Shown: positions 47,372 through 56,966, counted from the stretch's first letter. The stretch is 64,000 nt of DNA from Bacteroidota bacterium (GCA_021824625.1 JAKAKE010000121.1:829-64828), one strand, 5' to 3'. A program made the numbers and translations. The notes: generated by a model from the letters alone, not told the origin.

Positions 47372-48589
47372 ATGCCAATCAGATTTTTTCCGCTTCCAAC
47401 ATCAAGCGAAGCAAAATGGGGAGATATAACAGGCAACATTGCTGACCAGACGGATTTGCAGAATGAACTCGCCGGCAAGGCACCTGCAAGTCATGTTAAC
47501 GATACAAATAATCCACACCAGGTAACTAAAACTCAGGTTGGTTTGAATAATGTCACTAACGATGAACAATTAAAGCGGTCTGCAGGAGATATAGGAACTT
47601 TCCAACAAAAGACAACTCCCTCGGATAATGACATACTTCTGATTGAAGATTCTGCCGATGGGGGAAATAAGAAGAAAGTTACGGTTGCAAGTGTGAATGC
47701 AGGTGCATCGGGAAACAAAGTGAAGGTAAGTGCTGACGATTCAAACGCAGGTTATTTGTTTGATAAAGTTTCTGTAGCAGGGGGAATAAAGAAAACAGAA
47801 ATTGGCGGGGGTGTTGATGAAACACTTGAAATCAGGTTAGATATCAACGGAACAAGTGAAGTAACCGGCGTCGAGGGAAAAGATGAACTGATTCTTTATG
47901 ACACGAGTGCGTCAGCAAATAAAAAAGTATCAGTTGATGATTTGTTTCTACGTATGTGGGTTGACCTGAAAGGTTCTTCGCTTAACGGGTACAGCTTTAC
48001 TTTTGCAGGGACAATAGCAGAAAGAAAAATTCTTGAAGGTTCGCTGTTTACATGCACCAATTCGGATGGAACGATAAGGAGAGTTGGATATATCAGCATT
48101 ACATCAGGCGATGCGGGAACAGTAACGGCAAGTGTGGTTACTTTGTCACAGCTTCAAGCGGGAGACAAGGATTTCAAAGCGGCTCCTAATAGAAAATTTT
48201 GGGATTACATTCACCTGCTCAGCATACCGGGTGAACTTGTTGCCGATGCAAATAATCCGCAGGGGACCTGGCTTTTGGATGTGCCTTATCTTGCATGGCT
48301 TCTTGCAGTTGATTTGAAAGTGAGGACTGCGGCGGCGGGGACAGGTGCTTCATGTGCTGTGAATGTTTACAGAGAGACGACGGCATTTTATTCTTCAGCA
48401 ATTGATTTGATGACACAGAATGTGATGAGAAGTGTTCTCCCTAATATCGGGACATATCTCGGAAGCATTAATCAATATGATAATATCAGTATGAGGGTAA
48501 CAGGTGTGGGTGGTGCTACAACAAAGCCGGCAGACTTGCAATTGAAAGTTTACATAGTTCCTCAGAATTTGTTTGAAGGTGTGCAATAA
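47372..48589 (+). CDS. phage tail-fibre-like protein
   Basis: N-terminus WGDITGNIADQTDLQNELAGKAPASHVNDTNNPHQVTKTQVGL is a common fibre/collar N-terminal motif. Confidence 0.5.
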   Translation: MPIRFFPLPTSSEAKWGDITGNIADQTDLQNELAGKAPASHVNDTNNPHQVTKTQVGLNNVTNDEQLKRSAGDIGTFQQKTTPSDNDILLIEDSADGGNKKKVTVASVNAGASGNKVKVSADDSNAGYLFDKVSVAGGIKKTEIGGGVDETLEIRLDINGTSEVTGVEGKDELILYDTSASANKKVSVDDLFLRMWVDLKGSSLNGYSFTFAGTIAERKILEGSLFTCTNSDGTIRRVGYISITSGDAGTVTASVVTLSQLQAGDKDFKAAPNRKFWDYIHLLSIPGELVADANNPQGTWLLDVPYLAWLLAVDLKVRTAAAGTGASCAVNVYRETTAFYSSAIDLMTQNVMRSVLPNIGTYLGSINQYDNISMRVTGVGGATTKPADLQLKVYIVPQNLFEGVQ

Positions 48590-49272
48590 TGGGTTTGAAG
48601 AATTATTATACCGGAAAAAGAGCAAGCGGGACGACACTATACGACCTTGCCGGAAGCAGTAACGGAACTCTGGGAGGAAGCACACTTCCAACAATAAATG
48701 CAAACGGCTATCTTTCATTCAGCGGCGGACATGGCAGTACAGCAGGGAACTGGCAGAGAGTGAATTTTGCAAATACTGATTTTCAGTATAGCTGGAACAG
48801 CTCATTTTCATTCGCTATTCTTTTCAGAAGCAGTAAGAATGATACGACTGGGCATTATCTCTTTTGCATAGCGGAACATTCGCAGAATGGATTGGTTTCA
48901 ATCAGATTAGACGGGAGTAACGGGATTGATGTTCTGATGCTGTCATCAAGCGGTGCATATAAAAGATATATGCCGGGTACAAATATTTGTGATGGAAAGT
49001 GGCATTTGGTTGTTGCGGCATATTCTCAGAACAACCTGAATGTTTACATTGACGGGAAGGCGGTAACTCTCACGACTGATAATACAATTTCAAGCGGAAA
49101 TTTTTATCCTGCATCAAATGGGAAGACATTGTTCGGTGCACTCTGGCAGCAAAGCAGCAGCAATTACATTTATGACGTAACGGCTGATATTGCCTGCTTT
49201 TATAATTTTAATCATAAGCTCAATGCTGCGGAAGTTGTGAATATGAATGCGTTTTTGAAGGGATTGTTTTAA
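48589..49272 (+). CDS. LamG/concanavalin-like lectin-domain protein
   Basis: FSFAILFRS...CDGKWHLVVAAYSQNNLNVYIDGK is a typical LamG jelly-roll pattern. Its start overlaps the upstream stop (TAATG). Confidence 0.6.
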   Translation: MGLKNYYTGKRASGTTLYDLAGSSNGTLGGSTLPTINANGYLSFSGGHGSTAGNWQRVNFANTDFQYSWNSSFSFAILFRSSKNDTTGHYLFCIAEHSQNGLVSIRLDGSNGIDVLMLSSSGAYKRYMPGTNICDGKWHLVVAAYSQNNLNVYIDGKAVTLTTDNTISSGNFYPASNGKTLFGALWQQSSSNYIYDVTADIACFYNFNHKLNAAEVVNMNAFLKGLF

Positions 49273-49276
49273 TCAT

Positions 49277-49410
49277 AATGAATAGCCGCTATCTTCAGAT
49301 AGAGGACAAATTATAAGTGTAAAAGGATTTGGATTTATCCACATAAAGTAAGTGACTAAAGTCAAAATAAAGTTTGAAATCCCCCACTATCTAAAGATAG
49401 CGGCTATTCA
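49277..49410. mobile_element. MITE-like element, AATGAATAGCC family, copy 4 (inverted relative to copy 1)
   Basis: aatgaatagccgctatcttcagatagagg ... taagtgactaaagtc ... ccactatctaaagatagcggctattca. Confidence 0.7.
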
Positions 49411-49433
49411 GAAATTAATTAAAAAGGAAATTT

Positions 49434-49718
49434 ATGGATAAGTTAAGTTTATTGATTGCGGCTGTAACATTTATTGCATCGTTACTGACATTCTTTCTTG
49501 CTATGCAATCCGAATTGAAAAGAGACAGGACAGAATTAATTAATGCTATTCAAAATAATGAACAGAGGCACTCTGCACATGAGCAGGAGATTTCGGTTAT
49601 GCAGGAGAGGATTGCAAACGTCGAGTTAATCATAAGCTACAGGCTGGATGAAATCAGCATCAAGCTGGAAAGTATTTCCGATAAATTCTTTGAACATATT
49701 CAGGAGACACACAAATGA
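49434..49718 (+). CDS. membrane-anchored coiled-coil protein
   Basis: N-terminal helix followed by heptad-like sequence. Confidence 0.35.
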   Translation: MDKLSLLIAAVTFIASLLTFFLAMQSELKRDRTELINAIQNNEQRHSAHEQEISVMQERIANVELIISYRLDEISIKLESISDKFFEHIQETHK

Positions 49719-50164
49719 AAAAAGAGCAAATATTATTTGGAATTATAATAATCGCTTCTCTTTTATTCGGATTGTTATTCGGAAGGAACTGCTCTGATAG
49801 AGTAAGAGTGATTAAGGACAGAGAGATAATAAGAGACACAATTATCAAGGAAATAAAACTGCCGCCTGTCAAGATAGTAAAAGCAAAACCGGTAATCAAA
49901 ATTATCAGGGATACAATTATAGAGACAAAACCATTCATTGCCGCTCTCGATACAATAGCAAAAGATGATACGGTGAAAATTCAATATGAATTTCCTGAGA
50001 ATAATTTATCGTTGGAAGTGACGAGAAAGCCTGATTCGGTCAGACTCGAAAAGCTGACTGTAATTGAAACGGCAATACAGGATTGCAACCGGTGGGAAAA
50101 GCCTGCATACTTCACAGGTGGTACTTTACTTGGGATAATAATCGGATTAATTATTACAAAATAG
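49715..50164 (+). CDS. membrane protein, hypothetical
   Basis: N- and C-terminal hydrophobic helices; 4-nt overlap with the upstream ORF. Confidence 0.35.
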   Translation: MKKEQILFGIIIIASLLFGLLFGRNCSDRVRVIKDREIIRDTIIKEIKLPPVKIVKAKPVIKIIRDTIIETKPFIAALDTIAKDDTVKIQYEFPENNLSLEVTRKPDSVRLEKLTVIETAIQDCNRWEKPAYFTGGTLLGIIIGLIITK

Positions 50165-50177
50165 ATGGAGAAAAATT

Positions 50178-51323
50178 ATGGATACCAAAAAACTGACAAC
50201 GGAACTGATTACAAGGGAATCGTATAATGCTCTGCTTGGGTATATTGGGCTGTTGCCGAATCCTGACAAGGTGCTGAAAAACACGGGTAAGACAATCGAG
50301 GCATACCGTGAACTAAAAAATGACCCGCACGTTTGGAGTTGTGTGCAGTCCCGTAAGAGTGGATTGCTTTCCTGGGATTATTCTATTATGCAATATGGTG
50401 CATCATCATCCATAGCTAACGAATTGGAAAATATTTTTGCTGATATTGATCTTCAGCAGATTGAAAGGGATATTCTCGAAGCTCCGCTTTTCGGCTACCA
50501 GCCTATGGAAATTGTATGGAAGACAACTTCGGGAAATAAACGATATCTTGTTCCCGAAAAGATAATCGCAAAGCCACAGGAGTGGTTCTTTTACGATAGT
50601 AACGGAAAACTGAGATACAGAAAATCAGGTGAGCCGAAAGGAATCGAACCGCCGCCGATGAAAATATTGAATGTTCAATATGAAGCATCCTACATGAATC
50701 CTTACGGCAATGCTCTGCTTGGTAAATGCTACTGGCCCGTTACTTTCAAGAACGGTGCAATCAGGTTCTGGGTGAATTTTATGGAAAAGTATGGTATGCC
50801 AATTCTGTTGGGACAGTTCACGCGTGGAGCGACGTTCGAGGAATCCCAGAAACTTGCGGATGAACTTGCAAATATGACAGAAGACAGCGTCATTGTTACA
50901 CCGGGCGATATTAAGATTGAAATGCATGAGGCTGCGAGAAGCACTTCGATTGCACTTTATAAGGAGATGATTAAGCACTGCAATTCGGAAATCTCGAAGG
51001 CTATTCTTTCGCAGACACTGACAACAGAAATGGAGACGGGTTCTTATGCGGCATCGCAGACTCACTTCAAGGTGCGAAGGGAAGTTATTTTATCAGATAT
51101 GAGGCTTGTGGAATCGGTATTCAATAATGTGATTGGCTATATTGTTGACCTGAATTTCGGAAACAAAGTTTATCCTAAATTTGAATTAATAATGAATGAT
51201 GAAGTGAACATAGATAAGGTTGAAAGAGACCTGAAACTGTCTCAGACCGGAAGCGTCAGATTCACAAAACAGTATTGGCTGAACAATTATGGGTTCAAGG
51301 AAGAGGAGATTGAAACAAATTGA
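50178..51323 (+). CDS. DUF935 (Mu gp29-like) portal protein, short form
   Basis: NDPHVWSCVQSRKSGLLSWDYSI ... ILEAPLFGYQPMEIVWK ... WFFYDSNGKLRY follows the DUF935 conserved-block order. At 381 aa it is shorter than Mu-type portals of ~500 aa. Confidence 0.65.
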   Translation: MDTKKLTTELITRESYNALLGYIGLLPNPDKVLKNTGKTIEAYRELKNDPHVWSCVQSRKSGLLSWDYSIMQYGASSSIANELENIFADIDLQQIERDILEAPLFGYQPMEIVWKTTSGNKRYLVPEKIIAKPQEWFFYDSNGKLRYRKSGEPKGIEPPPMKILNVQYEASYMNPYGNALLGKCYWPVTFKNGAIRFWVNFMEKYGMPILLGQFTRGATFEESQKLADELANMTEDSVIVTPGDIKIEMHEAARSTSIALYKEMIKHCNSEISKAILSQTLTTEMETGSYAASQTHFKVRREVILSDMRLVESVFNNVIGYIVDLNFGNKVYPKFELIMNDEVNIDKVERDLKLSQTGSVRFTKQYWLNNYGFKEEEIETN

Positions 51324-51682
51324 TAATTAAAAATGCAAAATGTAAATTACAAAATACAGGGGTTAAAATATGTGTCTGCCCTTATGTAATTGTGTAATTG
51401 GGTTTTTTTTTTTTAATTTTTTATCACTGCTGTCCGAAATAAAGAAGTTGTTTTCAACCTAATATAAAAAATTAAAGAGTTCCTCCTTAAAAAAAGAGGA
51501 ATTTTTCCCGGGCAATAGTGAAATAAAATTTAATATTGTGCTTCAATTACCTAAATACCATTTATGGTATAAATATTGTTTGTATTGTTTGGTATTCAGA
51601 ATCCTAAACAGGATTCAATATATTATATTTATTTCAAGATTTTCTTTATATAACCGATAACTTTAATAATAAATAAAATATT

Positions 51683-52465
51683 ATGGCTGTAAGATTTAAC
51701 AGGAAAATATCGGAAGAAGATGAAGCCAAGGTATCAAAAGACCGCTACTTAATAACGTATGCGGACTTGATAACCTTGCTATTAGGCTTGTTTGTAATTT
51801 TATATGCCGCTTCCCAGGTTGACGAGGAGAGGTTTAAGGAAGTATCGAATGCCTTTTCAGATTATTTCAAATCAACAAAAGAACAGCCTATCCAGGGTGG
51901 TGGTGGTGTTATGGAGGGCCATAAAAACGCAATTCCCGAACCGATTATGCCAAATCCGGGACCTAAATCTTTGGAGGATGTTGCTAAACAGGCAGAAAAA
52001 TCACTTGGTATGTACCTGGAAAAAGGGTTAATCAGCATCAGGTCATCGCAAAATGAGCTTGTGCTGGCACTACCCGAACAGCTTTTGTTTAAATCCGGCA
52101 AGGCAGATGTGGAGCTTCAGGGAATACCCGTTCTCGATTCAATTGCTAAAATTATTGCTAATGTTGATTTCCAGATTACAGTTGACGGCCATACTGATGA
52201 TGTGCCAATCAGGACTTTCAGGTATGAATCGAACTGGCATCTGTCAGTGGCAAGGGCAATGAATGTGGCTTATAAATTAATATCACGCGGAATTAAACAG
52301 GAGAATCTGATTGTTCGCGGCTTCGGCGAACAAATGCCCATTGCAGACAATCTTACGAATAAGGGCAGGGCACAGAATAGAAGAGTTGAGGTAACCATTA
52401 GTAATCTTCCTGTCAAAAACCTATCCAAAGAAGGTTATTATGTCCATGAGAATAAGCCAAAGTGA
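51683..52465 (+). CDS. motB: flagellar motor stator protein MotB (OmpA-like C-terminus)
   Basis: YLITYADLITLLLGLFVILYA plug/TM region; C-terminus GHTDDVPI...NWHLSVARA...NRRVEV. Confidence 0.8.
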   Translation: MAVRFNRKISEEDEAKVSKDRYLITYADLITLLLGLFVILYAASQVDEERFKEVSNAFSDYFKSTKEQPIQGGGGVMEGHKNAIPEPIMPNPGPKSLEDVAKQAEKSLGMYLEKGLISIRSSQNELVLALPEQLLFKSGKADVELQGIPVLDSIAKIIANVDFQITVDGHTDDVPIRTFRYESNWHLSVARAMNVAYKLISRGIKQENLIVRGFGEQMPIADNLTNKGRAQNRRVEVTISNLPVKNLSKEGYYVHENKPK

Positions 52466-52468
52466 CGG

Positions 52469-52559
52469 GAATAGCTCCACACTTCAGTGTGGGGGAGATG
52501 GGAAGTCGAACTGTTTTCATCCTGTGTTCCCATCCCCAATCTAAAGATTGGGTGTATTC
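52469..52559. mobile_element. divergent short member of the GAATAGC-terminus MITE-like family
   Basis: gaatagctccacacttcagtgtggggg ... ccccaatctaaagattgggtgtattc. Confidence 0.5.
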
Positions 52560-52665
52560 TTATAAGAAAATAAAATATATGCTGTTTGCAATAGAATAAA
52601 TATTTTGTAATTTCGACTAAAATTTAATTAAAATTTAATATAATTATCATAGAAGAAAGTCTGAT

Positions 52666-53106
52666 ATGAAAGGAAAAGAAGCTTCAGGAGGAAGAACGAT
52701 TAAGACACTTCAGTTTGGGGAACTCACATTCGAGGATAAACACATTTTTCACTTTGAGAACGGGCTACTCGGTTTCGAAGAGCTTCATGATTTTGTACTG
52801 ATAAGCGAGGAGGAGAGTTTACCCTTTAAATGGCTTTTATCAGTTGAAAAGCCTGAAATAGGATTCCCTTTGCTCAGCCCCTGGCATATTGACCTCAATT
52901 ATAACCCGGGCGATAATCTCAACCTGAAAAAGCTGGTGATTATGTCTGTTATTACACTCGAGGATGAGGCAGGCATTATGACGGCAAACCTCAAGGCACC
53001 GGTTGTGCTTGATGTCGAAAATCAGAAAGGAGAGCAGGTAATACTTCCTACTGATAAGTATTCTCCTAATCATGCAATAACTCATAAAGAGAAAATAGAA
53101 AATTAA
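52666..53106 (+). CDS. fliW: flagellar assembly factor FliW
   Basis: FEDKHIFHFENGLLGFEELHDFVLI...FKWLLSVEKPEIGFPLLSPW. Confidence 0.8.
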   Translation: MKGKEASGGRTIKTLQFGELTFEDKHIFHFENGLLGFEELHDFVLISEEESLPFKWLLSVEKPEIGFPLLSPWHIDLNYNPGDNLNLKKLVIMSVITLEDEAGIMTANLKAPVVLDVENQKGEQVILPTDKYSPNHAITHKEKIEN

Positions 53107-53146
53107 ATCGTTATGGATAACGCGAATTGTATAAAGGATTAGTTCA

Positions 53147-53458
53147 ATGCTTGTTTTATCGAGAAAAGTCGGAGATGTCGTTACAATCGGCTCAACTGTG
53201 AAAATTACAGTTCTCAGCTATGACAGGGGTATAGTCAGGCTGGGTATCGATGCTCCAAAGAATATACCTGTTCACAGAAAAGAAGTGTTTGATAAGGTAA
53301 TCGAAAAGAACCGCCAGGCTTCGAAAACAAACCTATCATCATTAAAATCTGCTTTATCCAAATCCGGGGTAAATCTTCAAAAAGAAATAAAAGAAGAAGT
53401 TCAGCCCGAAATGATTAAATTTTCTGCAATAAAGAACGATAATAACAATATAGGATAG
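53147..53458 (+). CDS. csrA: carbon storage regulator CsrA (long C-terminal form)
   Basis: MLVLSRKVGDVVTIGSTVKITVLSYDRGIVRLGIDAPKNIPVHRKEV. Confidence 0.85.
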   Translation: MLVLSRKVGDVVTIGSTVKITVLSYDRGIVRLGIDAPKNIPVHRKEVFDKVIEKNRQASKTNLSSLKSALSKSGVNLQKEIKEEVQPEMIKFSAIKNDNNNIG

Positions 53459-53485
53459 TGATTTTTTTCGGAATCTTTATTAATT

Positions 53486-54151
53486 ATGACAGATTACAGG
53501 GCATTAATTATTGACGATGACATCTGGATGCAGAGAATCCTGTCTAAAACCCTCGAGTCTTACGGGTTCAAGACACTTCTTTCTGCAAACGGAATCGAAG
53601 GCATTGCCCTTGCCGTTGAATATGTGCCTAACCTGATTATACTTGATATACTGATGCCGGAGCTGAGCGGACAGCTTACACTTAAAATTATTAAAAAGAT
53701 AAAGGCAACCAAAAATATTCCAATTCTTATGGTATCGGCAATGTCGAACACCGAAAATCTGGGACTGGCGGTGAAAGCCGGTGTGTCGGGATTCATTTCC
53801 AAGCCATTCACAAGGGCAACTGTGTTTGAAAAACTGATTACCATTTTCGGCAAGGACAATCTCGATAAAATAGCCGCAGGACAGTTAATCGAACTGGAGG
53901 CAAACAAGCCTGCACCCGATAAACCGAAGCCTGCACCTGAAAAACCGAAGTTTGCTCCCGATAAACCGAAGTCTGCTACTCCCATGCCGCATATAGAAAT
54001 TAAATTGGATGAGGAAACTAAGGAAATCTTTTTTTCACCATCTGCACCAAAGCCAACAGTTACAAAAGAACAGCTTATGCAATCCTACCAGGATGACGAG
54101 AAACGAAGCATTGATTCAATCAAGAAACTATTGATGAAAACGAAAAAGTAA
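53486..54151 (+). CDS. CheY-like receiver protein with proline/lysine-rich repeat tail
   Basis: LIIDDD..., DILMP phospho-acceptor context and SKPF. The tail is KPAPDKPKPAPEKPKFAPDKPK (21-nt DNA period x3). Confidence 0.7.
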   Translation: MTDYRALIIDDDIWMQRILSKTLESYGFKTLLSANGIEGIALAVEYVPNLIILDILMPELSGQLTLKIIKKIKATKNIPILMVSAMSNTENLGLAVKAGVSGFISKPFTRATVFEKLITIFGKDNLDKIAAGQLIELEANKPAPDKPKPAPEKPKFAPDKPKSATPMPHIEIKLDEETKEIFFSPSAPKPTVTKEQLMQSYQDDEKRSIDSIKKLLMKTKK

Positions 54152-54344
54152 CTCAATTCTAATTATAAGTGTTAAGTGTTGGGTGTTTAGCATTGAGTTA
54201 TGATTGTGATATTGAATTTTTTTCAATATCAGTAACCGAAAGTTCAAATCAGTATTAATTCGTTTTGTCCAAATCTAGCGATGAAACCAAAAATATAAGT
54301 CGTAATTCGCAAGTCATAAGTCCATAGTAAATACTAATTCGTAA

Positions 54345-54890
54345 TTACTTCATATTCCATGGGTAGTTGCTGCGTTCCACGCAGAACCTGCCCGAAGGCT
54401 GTGATTTAAGGTCAACATCAAATTCCAGCACCTGCTCTTCGACAGGCCGGTAGGGTTCAACCACCATAATTCTGAAGGAAAATGACGATAGATTTTTTAT
54501 TTCATAGTCAATGTCAAACAGACAATTACAGTGGCATCCCGCTTCCTGTTCTTTTTCAATGATTATTACAGCATCATTATTGATTGATATGGCGGCGGTG
54601 ATTTTAGCCGGACAGCAATTGAATCCTGCATTAATGTGTTTCAGTTTGAGAACGCCTCTGTCGTTGTCATAGCTGTACTCTATGCAGTCAAAATTGTTCG
54701 ATGTTGAATCAGACAAGACAGCATTCTTGCAGTCGGAGTATTTAACTAATGTTCCGTTTGGATTACTATTTACAGGATTATTTGTTTTTTCGCAGCCGGA
54801 GAAAAATATATAGGAAAAAAACAGCATAGCAAATGCCATTGACCAAAACACGGATGGAAAATTCAATCGGGGCATATTTTTAGCCTCCAT
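54345..54890 (-). CDS. lipoprotein, hypothetical
   Basis: Lipobox FFSGC and several Cys pairs. Confidence 0.4.
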   Translation of the reverse strand: MEAKNMPRLNFPSVFWSMAFAMLFFSYIFFSGCEKTNNPVNSNPNGTLVKYSDCKNAVLSDSTSNNFDCIEYSYDNDRGVLKLKHINAGFNCCPAKITAAISINNDAVIIIEKEQEAGCHCNCLFDIDYEIKNLSSFSFRIMVVEPYRPVEEQVLEFDVDLKSQPSGRFCVERSNYPWNMK

Positions 54891-55170
54891 TCATAATAAA
54901 AATCTATAACTAATTTAAACAAGGTATCAATTAAGCAAAAAGTTTCAATTTTTTTATGAGAAATATTTATGCTTCTTAATTAAATAAATCCATTTGGGAT
55001 GATTTTGTTTCATTATAGTTCATTTAATAAATAATCACACCTTTCATGCGACTCCTCATTGAAAAGAGATTTGCATTGATACGGTTTAAGAAAATAGTTT
55101 CCCGCTTTCGCAGGAATGACCGTCCCCGGAATATTCAGGAAAAAAAGCTAAAATTATCTGTACGGGTATG

Positions 55171-55617
55171 CTACCTGGTTTCTGAGGCAGACCTGAGATA
55201 CTCGAGAACTGACGAGGCGTCATTTTTAGAAAGCTTCAGGTCAGGCATCAGAATCTTATACTGATAAATTAATTGTTTTATACGCTGGTCTTTCTGCTGC
55301 ATTTCGACAGTGTTCAAAAGCAGGTTCAAAATGTATTCAGGAGCTTGCTCTTTAGCCACCCTGCCAAGTGGAGGACCGACTTTTTTTTGGTCCAGTGAGT
55401 GACAGACAAAGCACTTATTATTGAAAATGTTTTGGCCCATTTTAACCTGTCCTTTGTTTATGGGACCGAGATTTAATGATTTGATAGGACCAATACCAAG
55501 GTCCCTGGTATCCTGACTTCTTGAGTAAGTAAACAAGACAAAAATCAATAGTGCAAAAAGTGAAACATTAATGATTGTTAAATACTTTTTCATTTTTATA
55601 CCTAAAACATAAACCAT
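55171..55617 (-). CDS. mono-heme class-I c-type cytochrome
   Basis: Signal/anchor helix and CFVCH followed by GPPLG. Confidence 0.7.
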   Translation of the reverse strand: MVYVLGIKMKKYLTIINVSLFALLIFVLFTYSRSQDTRDLGIGPIKSLNLGPINKGQVKMGQNIFNNKCFVCHSLDQKKVGPPLGRVAKEQAPEYILNLLLNTVEMQQKDQRIKQLIYQYKILMPDLKLSKNDASSVLEYLRSASETR

Positions 55618-56966
55618 GTAAGAAAATAAATTGTGTTATTGTGGGCGGCATCTCTTCCGAAGCCGTCATAGTTTGCACTCGCTCCGTTGAATTTGTTGTA
55701 GAACACATACTGGAGCGAGAACCTTGTGTTCAACCACGGGAGATAACCAAACTCGGCAATGAGTCCGTCGCTGTCAGGTTTCCCGCCATAATTTCCGTTT
55801 AGAGCTCCCGATGGATATAGAACATTATCCGCAGTGCCGGAAGTCGCAAAATAACCGAGAGTCAGATTAAGCCGCTGAAGGAAAAAGTAGCTCGCATTAA
55901 TTTTGATTTGATTCAGGTCATTAGTTTTATTCTGGGACCCTTCCGATGCAAATGTTGCATTTAGTTCCTGTTTTTCATGAATGTAAGAAGCGTAAACCGA
56001 AAGAGCGTCGGAACCTAAGTTTAATTCGTATTGTAGATCAGCTCCGAAATCAGTAAACTTGTTAGTTGTTCCGCTGATGCCTTCAGGTATTGTGTTAGCC
56101 ATCAAGCCAAAGGTACCTACAGAAATATAGTTGTCTGTGAATTGCTGCTGAAGTGCAAGCCTCCAATAAGGAGCAACCCCCTGGATTACACCTGATACGG
56201 TTGCATCGAAAGGATGGGCACCACCCTGGAATGCTGAACGGTAAACGCTGAATTCGCCGTATATAAGATTATTCCACAGTGCAAAAGCACCCAAACCCAA
56301 TGACTGCCCTGCCAACCCGCCATCAACAAGAGTAGCGGCTCCCGGAGTGGGGGCAACTGATGAAGAAGCAAAAGGGTAGCCCCATGCAGGGGTAGTATTC
56401 CACAAATCCTGAACAGTAGGATTATTATTGAGAGTCAAGCCATAGCTTAATTCTGTTTCTCCAATTGTAGTATTGTCGGCATATCTTATTTCTGTGTTAT
56501 CCCAGCCAAAAGCTCCGCTTTGGTCATCATATGTAATCTGGAGGAAAATACCCAGATTGGGTGTAATAGCTCCGGCAAGGAACAAGCTTAGCTGCTGTGG
56601 AAATGCTACATTATCATTAGCTGTTCCTTCTGCTGCTTTCCCTAAGTGAGTGAATGAACTTTCAAGCATAGCCGAAAGCGGAGGCACTTTCAGTAGTTTT
56701 AGAAAGCTTGTATTGCTAAGAGTGTCATCACTTTTTAATTCGATGACATCGGCAGTAGTAAAAGTGTAACCATTTAATTTAAAATTTCGTCCGAATGAAT
56801 TAAGCTGAGGAAAAACCGTATGGCAAGAATTACATGCCAAACCTGTCTGTCTTGCAAAGCCGGGAACCGCTTTTGATTTCTGTGTACCAAAAAACATTGC
56901 CGATAAAATGAATAAAAGGACAAGAATAGTCCATATATATTTATATGAGTAAAATTTTTTAAACAT
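55602..56966 (-). CDS. outer-membrane beta-barrel-like protein with N-terminal CxxCH heme-binding motif
   Basis: Signal peptide. FARQTGLACNSCHTVFPQLNSFGRNFKLNGY lies near the mature N-terminus. The body has alternating beta-pattern sequence and the terminus is aromatic (..FLTWFMF). Confidence 0.5.
   Translation of the reverse strand: MFKKFYSYKYIWTILVLLFILSAMFFGTQKSKAVPGFARQTGLACNSCHTVFPQLNSFGRNFKLNGYTFTTADVIELKSDDTLSNTSFLKLLKVPPLSAMLESSFTHLGKAAEGTANDNVAFPQQLSLFLAGAITPNLGIFLQITYDDQSGAFGWDNTEIRYADNTTIGETELSYGLTLNNNPTVQDLWNTTPAWGYPFASSSVAPTPGAATLVDGGLAGQSLGLGAFALWNNLIYGEFSVYRSAFQGGAHPFDATVSGVIQGVAPYWRLALQQQFTDNYISVGTFGLMANTIPEGISGTTNKFTDFGADLQYELNLGSDALSVYASYIHEKQELNATFASEGSQNKTNDLNQIKINASYFFLQRLNLTLGYFATSGTADNVLYPSGALNGNYGGKPDSDGLIAEFGYLPWLNTRFSLQYVFYNKFNGASANYDGFGRDAAHNNTIYFLTWFMF

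Noticed and set aside
50625-51065. 146-aa ORF antisense to the portal gene (and 50729-50944, 50503-50688)
   Set aside because: These are shadow ORFs within the DUF935 portal coding region.
42453-51323. Intact inducible prophage
   Set aside because: No terminase, tail, integrase/transposase or repressor genes are visible. The portal is out of order and short, and host repeats colonise the spacers. It is treated as a remnant or domesticated module.
53560-53985. 141-aa ORF antisense to the response regulator
   Set aside because: It is the antisense translation of the PAPDKPK repeat and receiver domain, and the forward frame has clear CheY motifs.
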